The translations under genes and the position numbers were made by a program. The notes under the pieces were generated by a model, which worked only from the letters and a program-made list of their open reading frames with translations, searched no databases and had not been told where the DNA came from. From a virus (Duplodnaviria > Caudoviricetes), in IMG/VR virus record IMGVR_UViG_3300031450_000216, positions 1-54,500 of that record: 54,500 nucleotides of DNA; one strand, 5' to 3'. Positions 44,637 through 52,613 of the stretch are shown piece after piece. Numbering within the stretch: position 1 is the stretch's first letter; every line of letters begins with the position of its first letter.

Positions 44637-45186
44637 CGCCCTCCGCAAGGAGCGGGATACGCTTCGGCTGCGCCGGTTCCAGGGCGATCAACTGATCCTC
44701 GGTGCGCCGATTCGCGCTCAATTCGTCGTAGACCGCCTGGAACTCCTTCGCCTTGAAGTCCATGTCGCGCGGCGTCATCTCGATCAGGTGCTTGAATCCG
44801 CCCAGCCGCCGCGCGATCTGCGCGTCGAGCGCGGTCAGTCCGACGCGCGTCATCTCCGCCTCGGGCGAACGGGCCAGGAGGTCAAGATTGAGGCGCAGCG
44901 TCACCGTGCGCCGGAACTCGCCCCACGCATCGAGCGCCGATGTGGTATCGCCCAATCCCTGCCGAACCTGCTGCGCCCGCTCGATGATGTGCCTGGCCTT
45001 CGGGAACCAGTCGAGTTCGCGGCGGCAGCGCTCGCAGGACAGGACGAAAGTAATGTCGTCCAGGTGCTTCACGTCCTCATAGAGCTGCGCCAGCCGATCA
45101 TCGGCGGGGAGCTGCTGTTGCGGAGAGGCATCGAGCGCCAGGGAGAGGCGGGCCGTTTCGCGGCGGAAAATGTCAGGTGCCAACAT
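44620..45186 (-). CDS. Putative helicase loader/inhibitor (initiator-associated)
   Basis: Directly after initiator; LY..VKHLDD..WFPKARHI..ALDAWG..LGG. Confidence 0.65.
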   Translation of the reverse strand: MLAPDIFRRETARLSLALDASPQQQLPADDRLAQLYEDVKHLDDITFVLSCERCRRELDWFPKARHIIERAQQVRQGLGDTTSALDAWGEFRRTVTLRLNLDLLARSPEAEMTRVGLTALDAQIARRLGGFKHLIEMTPRDMDFKAKEFQAVYDELSANRRTEDQLIALEPAQPKRIPLLAEGDGYDR

Positions 45187-45188
45187 GG

Positions 45189-46130
45189 CTACTCCCCTCC
45201 AAGCTTCAGGTTGCTGTACTTGTTCACGATGCGTGCGGTATGGGCCGAGACGGTGGCACCGTTCTCCAGCATGACGGGATCGTCGTTATCCCCGTGTCTT
45301 GGCTGCCCCCTGCCCAGGCGCACCGGCTCGATGTCGTCACCCCATACCCGCTGATTCAGGTATTTTGCGGGGTAATCGACGTAGCCCTCGGACCACTTAC
45401 GGCCTAACTTGCGTGCAGCCACGTCGGCGATAAGCACCTCGGTGCGCTCGGCATCGGGATCGATTCTTTTCCAGGCCCGCTCGGCATCGGGCCGATGCTG
45501 CTTGACGGGATACTCGGCATACCAGCGGTCGAAGCGTTCTTGCTGCGCCCTATTGAGCGTGGTCGGCTTGGGAACCGCCCGCACCTTCCCGCCGCCGCTA
45601 GGCGGTGATGCGGTGTCCGGTTGCCGCGCGGGGGGGTCGGGGGGCGTCTCGGTGGGATCGGGATCGGGTAGGGGTACGGGATGGGTACGGGATGGGTACG
45701 GGGCGGTGTTATGTGACGTGTTAGTAACGGCGTTACGTTTCGCGTTAGTAGCGGGCGGCGTAACGTCATCCTTGAATTGGCCTGTCTCGCCCCGGTTTCT
45801 CTCCCGCCATTCCTGCTGTCTCTTGGCGTTGTTGGCTCTGTCGGCCTTTACCTGCTCGCCGCTCGGGTTGTAGATCAGGTAGTCGTGGATGCGGTACCCC
45901 TCGGGGATTACTTCCCAGAGTCCGGCGTCAACGAGTTCGGCCACGCACTCCCGCTCGGCATCCACCATCGCAGCGACCATACGGACAGCCCCAGCCTTGA
46001 TCACCCCGTCGGTAAGCTGGCTGCCGCAGTAGGTAAGCGCGGCGAGATAAACAAGCTTGGCGTCCTTACCGAGTTCGACCACTTTCGGATTGGCGAAGAA
46101 CTGATCGTCCAGTCGAATCCACGGCATCAC
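45189..46130 (-). CDS. Phage replication initiator protein
   Basis: WIRLDDQFFANPKV..LVDAGLW..IHDYLIYNPS; low-complexity linker; FDRWYAEYP..YPAKYLNQRVW. Confidence 0.85.
   Translation of the reverse strand: MMPWIRLDDQFFANPKVVELGKDAKLVYLAALTYCGSQLTDGVIKAGAVRMVAAMVDAERECVAELVDAGLWEVIPEGYRIHDYLIYNPSGEQVKADRANNAKRQQEWRERNRGETGQFKDDVTPPATNAKRNAVTNTSHNTAPYPSRTHPVPLPDPDPTETPPDPPARQPDTASPPSGGGKVRAVPKPTTLNRAQQERFDRWYAEYPVKQHRPDAERAWKRIDPDAERTEVLIADVAARKLGRKWSEGYVDYPAKYLNQRVWGDDIEPVRLGRGQPRHGDNDDPVMLENGATVSAHTARIVNKYSNLKLGGE
45653..45768. repeat. Iteron-like repeats inside initiator gene (candidate origin)
   Basis: GGGTACGGG x3 at 11-nt period and GTAACG/CGTTAC palindromic motifs. Confidence 0.5.
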
Positions 46131-46633
46131 CCCAACCTCCTGCCATGCGTCTCGCTATGGCAGTCGACGCAGAGCGTGATACCGTTCTGTACCTCAAAGC
46201 GATGCTCGGGGTAGAGGGCGAACGCCTTGATGTGGTGTGCTTGCAGTGGGCGATCAGTCGTCCCACATTCCCGACACCGATAGCCATCTCGGTCGAGAAC
46301 TGCCTTGCGCCATGCCTTGTACTCGGGGGTATGCCTGAGTTCCTGATCCGATGGTTCCGAACCGAAGCCCCAGCGGATAACATCAGTCATCCAGAAGTTG
46401 CCTCGTATCTCATCCCATAGTCCGAGATCAACGAGGCGCGTAACGCTAGCCGGGGCGTCGTCGATTTCCGCCTCCGCTGACAGGCGCGGAATTACACGCG
46501 CCGGGATATATCCGTCCTTGCTTGCCTGCGCGCAGTAGCACAAGCCCACGAGGTAGAGATCGCGCGCGTCGCGCCCAGCAGCCATCACCTTGGGGTGGCG
46601 GAAGAATTGATCGTCCACCTTGACCCAACTCAT
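46127..46633 (-). CDS. Initiator-like N-terminal domain fused to HNH endonuclease
   Basis: WVKVDDQFFRHPKV.. plus WRKAVLDRDGYRCREC..HHI..NGITLCVDCH. Confidence 0.85.
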   Translation of the reverse strand: MSWVKVDDQFFRHPKVMAAGRDARDLYLVGLCYCAQASKDGYIPARVIPRLSAEAEIDDAPASVTRLVDLGLWDEIRGNFWMTDVIRWGFGSEPSDQELRHTPEYKAWRKAVLDRDGYRCRECGTTDRPLQAHHIKAFALYPEHRFEVQNGITLCVDCHSETHGRRLG

Positions 46634-46635
46634 AG

Positions 46636-47055
46636 CTACCCTCTGAGCGCGGCGACGAGGAAGGCGTCGAAGCCGTCCATGTCCACCGTATCGAGCACGC
46701 GGTCGCCTTTGCGCTCCCCCATCCATTTCAGCGCGCCCTCCGACCAGCCAGGACCGTCGAGCACGACCAGACACAGGCGATGCGTCCGCCCGATCGCCAT
46801 CGTGAGATAGGGCAGCTTCTGATCGGCGGAACCGCTGTTGTGCTGGAACCGCGCGATGATCGGCAGTGCGCCGTACCCCGGCACCTCGCACAGCAGATCG
46901 GCCTTGAACGGTTGTCGGTATGGCGTTTCGCCGATGGGGACGTTCGTTTCGTACGCGATGCCGCGCTCGGCACAGATCGCGCCCAGCCGTACGATCAACG
47001 CTTGATGACTGTCGTCCGCTTGCGGGCCGGGACCGGGCATCTTCTTCGTGCTCAT
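46636..47055 (-). CDS. PD-(D/E)XK-fold nuclease-like protein
   Basis: ADLL..IIARFQHNSGSADQKLPY..VVLDGPGW. Confidence 0.7.
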   Translation of the reverse strand: MSTKKMPGPGPQADDSHQALIVRLGAICAERGIAYETNVPIGETPYRQPFKADLLCEVPGYGALPIIARFQHNSGSADQKLPYLTMAIGRTHRLCLVVLDGPGWSEGALKWMGERKGDRVLDTVDMDGFDAFLVAALRG

Positions 47056-48077
47056 GCCGCCTCCGTGGGGTAGCGCGTCCACACATCGCCGAGGTGCGCG
47101 ACAGTGCGCGCATACCGCTCGGTTTCGTCGCCGATATAGATGAGGGCGGAAGGGAATGGCGCGGCGTCGGCCTCGCCATCGGGACCGATGAAGCGCACCC
47201 GGCCACCGATGAAGCAGATCGGGAAATCGCGCAATCGGCGGAACCATTCGGTATCGGTGCGCGCCGGGACTAGGAGGATCGCGGCCTCGATCTCGCGCCG
47301 CTCGTAGGCGTGCACGGCACGCGCGACCCACCCGCCAATCTCTCTGCCATAGGGGGGGTTCACATAGACCCGGCCATGCCAGGGCGCGATCAGTCCGTTA
47401 TCGTCCTGGGTCCAGTGCTGTGCGGCGGGAACGTTCGGCGTGCTCTTGCTGTTGGAGCAGGGGTCCAGATCGATGGCATCGAAGAAGTCCACCACCGTCT
47501 CGATTATCGCGGGCGGCGTATACCATTCGGGCGTGTCGGAGGTGAAGTGCACAGCATGGCGAGCCGGTAGGGCCTCGGGGGCATCCCAAGGATCCGCAAC
47601 GGGATCGGCGAACAGATGCTGATCCTGTTCGATGTCGGCGCGGAAATCGCGAACTGAATAGGTGGGGTTCTCCGCCTTACGATCCTCGGCATGGGCGATC
47701 CATAGTGGCGGGTCGGTCGTCTGTCCGGCCTCGATATAAAAACTCTTCGCCAGTGGCAGATCACCGTCAATACGTGTTGACGGCTCGACGGATTCCCACG
47801 CATCTGCGAGCTTCCGTGCCCACTCACGGCTGATGGAAAATCCACGCGCCACCGAGGTTAGTGCGTCGTCGTTTTGCCGCTGCTTGCGCGCCCGTGCCTC
47901 CCAGAGACAATGGGCCTGCACCAACCACGCCCGCTTGCCGAGTTCGTCGGCGCGCTGGTACGTGGCGATCAACTGATCGTCGTCCATCCGGGGGATCAGA
48001 TCGTGGAGGGTAGTAAACGTCGCTTCCGTAAGCGTGACCGCGTGGAGCGCTTCACCGGCTGTCGGGGAAATCGTCAT
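47052..48077 (-). CDS. Phage DNA N6-adenine methyltransferase (Dam-like) with N-terminal extension
   Basis: EWYTPP..DLDPC..WHGRVYVNPPYG..LLVPARTDTEWF. Confidence 0.9.
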   Translation of the reverse strand: MTISPTAGEALHAVTLTEATFTTLHDLIPRMDDDQLIATYQRADELGKRAWLVQAHCLWEARARKQRQNDDALTSVARGFSISREWARKLADAWESVEPSTRIDGDLPLAKSFYIEAGQTTDPPLWIAHAEDRKAENPTYSVRDFRADIEQDQHLFADPVADPWDAPEALPARHAVHFTSDTPEWYTPPAIIETVVDFFDAIDLDPCSNSKSTPNVPAAQHWTQDDNGLIAPWHGRVYVNPPYGREIGGWVARAVHAYERREIEAAILLVPARTDTEWFRRLRDFPICFIGGRVRFIGPDGEADAAPFPSALIYIGDETERYARTVAHLGDVWTRYPTEAA

Positions 48078-48301
48078 AGCGCCGTGCCTTCCGCGCACGG
48101 AAAAGCCCCCAGGGTGGGTCGCTGCAAGCTGCTTAGGAATGCAGAACCACCCTGGGGGCTAATCCAGAATAGCACACCTTCTCCCGTTTGGGAGGAAGTG
48201 CGGAAGTATTCGTTTGTGGGTGTTGAGAACTGGCAGCTTGCGCGACCACGTTCTGCATTCCTAAGCCTAGCAAGCATAGCCGATTTGCCCTTCCCTGTCA
48301 A
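48078..48301 (-). promoter_or_regulatory. Promoter TTGACA-N17-TATGCT plus ~190-nt structured attenuator-like leader
   Basis: -35 at 48301-48296, -10 at 48278-48273; 17-bp inverted repeat 48131-48147/48250-48266; terminator-like stem ending GGGGCTTTT. Confidence 0.7.
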
Positions 48302-48324
48302 GGAAAACCCGCGAACGAACGCGC

Positions 48325-48630
48325 CTAGTCCGCCGCCTCTTCACCCCGCCCTAGCAACCGGCGCTTGAACGAGCGGCCCACCTTGCAGATCGGCGTACGT
48401 CGCGCCGCGATCGTGAGGCGTGCCCCGGTCCGGGGGTTGACGCCGTTGTGCTCCGCGCGCTCGCTCCACTCGAAACTCCCGAGGCCGGTCCAGATCACCA
48501 CCTCATCCTTGGCGAGGGCGTCGGCGAGCACCTCCACCGTGCCATGCAGCACGCGCGCGGCAACCGCTTGACTCACGCCGCACTCCCGCGCCACCCGCTT
48601 GATGAGTGCTGTCCTGTGCAGATCGCTCAT
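48325..48630 (-). CDS. HU/IHF-family DNA-binding protein
   Basis: LIKRVA..GLGSF..R..GVNPRTG. Confidence 0.9.
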   Translation of the reverse strand: MSDLHRTALIKRVARECGVSQAVAARVLHGTVEVLADALAKDEVVIWTGLGSFEWSERAEHNGVNPRTGARLTIAARRTPICKVGRSFKRRLLGRGEEAAD

Positions 48631-48710
48631 GACGTTCTCCTCCTTTATCGTGTCGTTCGTTCGCCCTCACGCCGCCCCCGCAGCGCCCCGCAGCGCCCCG
48701 CAGCGCCGGG

Positions 48711-48947
48711 TCAGGCGGCGTCCCGCCCCGCGTCGTCCGTCCCGGCGCGCAGCTCGTCCGCGATGCGGCGGTGCTGGTCCCGGCGAGAGCGGCAGTCCGC
48801 GAAGTCGCGGCAGCGCCAGTGCCCGCGCTCGGTACGCTCGGCGTGCTCGACCGGCACGATCCCGGAGCACCGCACGCAACAAATCGCGTGCAGGACGAGG
48901 CGGACGGTGAGGGTGGCGGCGGGGGTGGCGGCGGGGGTGGTGCTCAT
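48711..48947 (-). CDS. Hypothetical Cys-containing protein
   Basis: SD AGGAGGT. Confidence 0.5.
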   Translation of the reverse strand: MSTTPAATPAATLTVRLVLHAICCVRCSGIVPVEHAERTERGHWRCRDFADCRSRRDQHRRIADELRAGTDDAGRDAA

Positions 48948-48957
48948 GCGACACCTC

Positions 48958-49146
48958 CTATGCCATGTGGACGATGAGGTCGCTCGGTCGCAGACCCTCG
49001 GGGAGCAGCACAAAGAAGTCGCCGTTGCGGTGGACGACATAGACGGTGCGAAGCAAACGCTCGGCGGTCTCATGTGCGAGGTCGATCGCTTGCCGTCGTG
49101 TCAGGTCAACCCCACCGATCAGGCCCACGATTTGCTGTGTGTTCAT
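48958..49146 (-). CDS. Hypothetical protein
   Basis: SD GAGGAG. Confidence 0.5.
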   Translation of the reverse strand: MNTQQIVGLIGGVDLTRRQAIDLAHETAERLLRTVYVVHRNGDFFVLLPEGLRPSDLIVHMA

Positions 49147-49199
49147 GCGGTGCTCCTCTCGGCGCGGCGCGGGCTGTCCGCGCCGCGCGCTGGTGGCGG

Positions 49200-49478
49200 T
49201 CAGTCAGACGTGGGGCCGCGCCCGTGGAGGTTATGGTCCTGCCCGTAGCGTTTGAGGGCGTCCATCGCGGCGAGATCGGGCACCACGGTCGTGTCATACC
49301 GCCCCGTGGTGGCATGGGCGATCCCGACGATCATGGACCAGTAGACGAGGCGTGCAGGCAGCCATTGCGCGAGGCGCAAGAGCATGTTGTCGCGGCGCTT
49401 GCGGACCTCATAACGGATCAGCGCGCCCCGGATGGTGGCGTTGTCAGGGTTCGTTATCTCGCGGATTAGCCAATACAT
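49200..49478 (-). CDS. Hypothetical protein
   Basis: SD GGAGG. Confidence 0.5.
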   Translation of the reverse strand: MYWLIREITNPDNATIRGALIRYEVRKRRDNMLLRLAQWLPARLVYWSMIVGIAHATTGRYDTTVVPDLAAMDALKRYGQDHNLHGRGPTSD

Positions 49479-49510
49479 CGTGTCCTCCAATGCCGCGCGC
49501 TGGCGGTCCT

Positions 49511-49720
49511 CTAGGCGGCGGTCGCCTCATCCAGTCCCCATGTGGCGCGCACGGCGAGGAGTGCCGCGTGCCAGGGGGCATAGCCGCGCTGTTCGATCGT
49601 GACGAACTGGTTGGACTCCTCTTGGTTGAGGCAGCATGGCCGGTCGGGGAACGTGCGGGCGAACTGGGCGGCGAGCGGGCGGGGGTCGGCGGCGGCGGGG
49701 GTCGTTTGCGCGGTGTTCAT
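49511..49720 (-). CDS. Hypothetical protein
   Basis: SD GGAGG overlapping SSAP end. Confidence 0.5.
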   Translation of the reverse strand: MNTAQTTPAAADPRPLAAQFARTFPDRPCCLNQEESNQFVTIEQRGYAPWHAALLAVRATWGLDEATAA

Positions 49721-49721
49721 A

Positions 49722-50345
49722 CTATTCCTCCACTTTCTGATAGTGCTTCGCCTTGATCGCGGCGAGCGCGCGTTTGATCGCGGTCCACTGGTCGGGCGTG
49801 GCGTCGGCTTGTAACGTTTTGAGCAGGGCGATGACAGCGGGGTACTGGTCGCCCGCTTGGGCCAGGTCATACGCCTGGGCGATCACGCGCTCCTGTGCGT
49901 CGGTGAGCGGGTCCGGTGCGTCCTGTGACGTCTGACGCGGCGTAGCGGGGATTTCCTGCCCTTCCTGGCGGTTCACCTTCTCGGTCGCCGCCTCAATCTC
50001 GGCGGCTTTTTCAAGGCTGCTCGTGTACCCCGCCGCGACGAGCGCGCGACCACGGGCGGCGGTTTCGAGCTTCTCGTACTGGTCCTCTTGTCCGCTGAAC
50101 TTCTGGGCGGCGTGGCCGGTGCCGAGCACCCATTCGGTGCCGTCCGGCATCCAGCGCGAGACGATGGCGCGGAAGGCGATCCAGTCCTGTGCCGGTGCCT
50201 CCACCGTGGCCGTGGTGATGCACGTCTCGCCGGGATAGTCCGCGCAGAAGGCGTCGATCCGGTCCCCTACCGTCCGATAGTCCGCGAGTCGGGCCGGGAG
50301 GGGTTGCTTGCCGGGTGCGGGGCGGCGTTGTTGGTAGCCGCTCAT
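49722..50345 (-). CDS. Single-strand annealing protein (Rad52/Sak-like)
   Basis: YRTVGDRIDAF..YP..FRAIV..GTGHA..EKLETAARGRAL..AGY. Confidence 0.7.
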   Translation of the reverse strand: MSGYQQRRPAPGKQPLPARLADYRTVGDRIDAFCADYPGETCITTATVEAPAQDWIAFRAIVSRWMPDGTEWVLGTGHAAQKFSGQEDQYEKLETAARGRALVAAGYTSSLEKAAEIEAATEKVNRQEGQEIPATPRQTSQDAPDPLTDAQERVIAQAYDLAQAGDQYPAVIALLKTLQADATPDQWTAIKRALAAIKAKHYQKVEE

Positions 50346-50638
50346 CAGTGACCTCCGTGCGCGATCATGGTCGCCAGCAGCGCGCCGGCCACGACCAGCA
50401 GCGCGAGCGGCAGCGTCCAGTCCTCATGGCGGCGCGGGCCTGTCAGACTGGCCCATATCGTCCAGGCCAGCAGCAGGGGCCACGTCGCCACCGCGACCGC
50501 CTCGGCGCGCACGGCGGCCCAGAAAAGATGGGCCGCGAGGTGATCGTCGTAGTCGTAGGAACGCTGCCAACCCCCCACCGGGAAGGTTTTTCGGCACACC
50601 GGGCACTCATACCGAGGCCCACTCTGTTCAGGCCACAT
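50345..50638 (-). CDS. Small membrane protein with C2H2-like finger
   Basis: CPVC..H..H then two hydrophobic segments. Confidence 0.45.
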   Translation of the reverse strand: MWPEQSGPRYECPVCRKTFPVGGWQRSYDYDDHLAAHLFWAAVRAEAVAVATWPLLLAWTIWASLTGPRRHEDWTLPLALLVVAGALLATMIAHGGH

Positions 50639-51194
50639 GCGCCCATCTCCTCCGCTGAACGATGTCATAAACGCTGTATGGAGAGATGCCATAGATCGCG
50701 GCGATCTCTTTGTATTGCTGCCCTTCGGCGCGCATTGCGCGAATCGCACGAATGTCGGACTCCTTCAGGGTTGTTTGTTTGTTGCGTTCGCCGTAGATGT
50801 GGCGATCCAACGCGCTCTTGTGCTGCGCGTTTTGCAGCCCCGTCACGACATCCAGATTGCTCATGTGGTTGTTGATGCGATCGGCATCGATGTGGTTGAC
50901 CTCTAAGCCCTTCGGGATACGCTCACCCGTGAATGCCTCAATCACCAGTCGATGCACTAACCGAGTGCGGCATGTACTCCCGTCACACAGGTGCACGGTG
51001 TGGTAGCCATAGGTGCTAATAGTGAGGCGCAGCACGCGCGGCGTGCGGGCACGTCCGCGTCGAAAGACGCAGCGCACACGTCCGAAATCGCTGACTTCGT
51101 AACGCTGTTCGTATCCCAGCACGGGACGCCATTGCTCGGACGCTTCATAGGTCGGGCGCGCGGAGAAGGCGGGGCGGGTGTATCGTGTGGTCAT
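50628..51194 (-). CDS. NUMOD4-HNH homing endonuclease
   Basis: EQWRPVLGYEQRYEVSDFGRVR..VHRLV..F..VNHIDADRINNHMSNL. Confidence 0.92.
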   Translation of the reverse strand: MTTRYTRPAFSARPTYEASEQWRPVLGYEQRYEVSDFGRVRCVFRRGRARTPRVLRLTISTYGYHTVHLCDGSTCRTRLVHRLVIEAFTGERIPKGLEVNHIDADRINNHMSNLDVVTGLQNAQHKSALDRHIYGERNKQTTLKESDIRAIRAMRAEGQQYKEIAAIYGISPYSVYDIVQRRRWAHVA

Positions 51195-51538
51195 CGGGCC
51201 TGCTCCTGCGCGGCAGGGCGTGGTCGGGATACCTGTGCCAACAGCCACCGGATCGCATCGGGGGCGCTCGCCAGCAGGCGCGCATTCGCCTCACTGGTGG
51301 GGCCATTCCCGGTGAAGGCAACTATCTTTTCCTTGCCGCTCCCCGTCTCGGTGGCGATCACTCCCCAGACCGTGTGGTTGTCTGGGGCAAACGCCGCCGC
51401 CTCGGTGAGAATGCGTTGTGCGTCCCTCAACGAGTCGCCTGTGTACCTCGCCCATTCCCACCGCTCCGGCGTCGCCGCGTCGAGTAACGCCTCGATGGTG
51501 GCGATGGACTCGTCAAACGTCGGCTCTTTGATCGTCAT
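51191..51538 (-). CDS. Hypothetical protein (ATP.PW..ANARLLASAP phage motif)
   Basis: SD GAGGGGAG; coupled. Confidence 0.6.
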   Translation of the reverse strand: MTIKEPTFDESIATIEALLDAATPERWEWARYTGDSLRDAQRILTEAAAFAPDNHTVWGVIATETGSGKEKIVAFTGNGPTSEANARLLASAPDAIRWLLAQVSRPRPAAQEQAR

Positions 51539-51651
51539 CGTGCTCCCCTCGGTGTGTGCGCCGCCCGGCCAGTGCCGACCGGGCGGGCCGTGGTGGTGTC
51601 AGTCATCGTCCGAGATTTCGATCGCCCGCCGGGCTTTGATGATGCGCACGT

Positions 51652-51885
51652 TCACGCCTCCTCGTCATAGATGATCAGGAGCGTGATCCGCCCCACACTC
51701 TCATCGGCGGCGGCCTCGCGCAGTTCCGTGATCGCGTCGTGCAAGAGGTCCTGGTCGTGCCGTCCCGCCGCATCCTTGGCGAGGCTTATCAGGTAGAAGC
51801 GGTTGCCCGGCGGCAGGGTGCCGACAAAGTCCCGTACCCGCTCGCGCGTGGTTTGCTGCGCCGGTCCCGTGTCCGTCTCGCTCAT
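51652..51885 (-). CDS. Hypothetical protein
   Basis: GTG start with SD GAGG. Confidence 0.45.
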   Translation of the reverse strand: MSETDTGPAQQTTRERVRDFVGTLPPGNRFYLISLAKDAAGRHDQDLLHDAITELREAAADESVGRITLLIIYDEEA

Positions 51886-51995
51886 CGGTCACCGTCCTCG
51901 TCGCTGCGCGAACTTTGCCGAGCGCTTCGGGTCGTTGCGATGCGACCCGAAGCGCTTGCGCAGGGGGCGCTTGACGAGGTTGAACCAGTCAGGCG

Positions 51996-52613
51996 TCATC
52001 GCACCCCTCCCTTCATCTTGTGGCGACAAAAACGACAGATCGGGGTGTCCTCAGTTGGTAAGTCCGTTGAGGTATACGGCCAGACCCCACCGGGGATCAG
52101 CGCGGGCGTGCGCCCGCACAGTGCTGGCTCGATGGCGTCATTCGGGCAGTCGTAAGGGATGAGATGCCACGGGCTACGGCGCTCGCTGACGTACAGGTAG
52201 GTCACGATGCCACCGCCTCCCGTGCTGCCTGTCCCTCGTCCGGTTGCCCCGTGTGCCATGTCGCGGCCAGCCACGCCACGGTGACACAGCCCAGTCGCGC
52301 CGGGTCGACCCGGCGCGACCTGCTGCGCCAACGTCTCCGCGCTGAACCCCGCCTGGACCGTCAGCGTGTCCGCGAGGTCCGCGACGGTCGCGGCCAGCGG
52401 TCGCCCGGTGCGTGCGGCGATGGCGGTCAGCCCGGCCAGCAGGGCGCGCAGCTCGCGGTGATGCCGGTGCGGCAGGCCACGGCGCTGCGCCGCGCACGTC
52501 TCCGCGCACCACACCGCGCCGCTGACCACGTTGATCGTCAGAGCGTGGACCACGCCGGGACGGGAATGGGAAGCGCGGTGGGCGGTCAGGCGGTCGCCGT
52601 TGAGGGTGATCAT
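51996..52613 (-). CDS. Hypothetical protein, degenerate SWIM-like N-terminus and C-terminal Zn finger (possible fusion)
   Basis: ATGA overlap with MTase; internal GGAGG-GTG start near 52205. Confidence 0.5.
   Translation of the reverse strand: MITLNGDRLTAHRASHSRPGVVHALTINVVSGAVWCAETCAAQRRGLPHRHHRELRALLAGLTAIAARTGRPLAATVADLADTLTVQAGFSAETLAQQVAPGRPGATGLCHRGVAGRDMAHGATGRGTGSTGGGGIVTYLYVSERRSPWHLIPYDCPNDAIEPALCGRTPALIPGGVWPYTSTDLPTEDTPICRFCRHKMKGGVR

Noticed and set aside
48074-48301. 75-aa ORF upstream of the adenine MTase
   Set aside because: Its TTG start is the promoter -35; region is better explained as a structured leader
48677-48706. (CCCCGCAGCG)x3 tandem repeat
   Set aside because: Short GC-rich intergenic repeat with no supporting context
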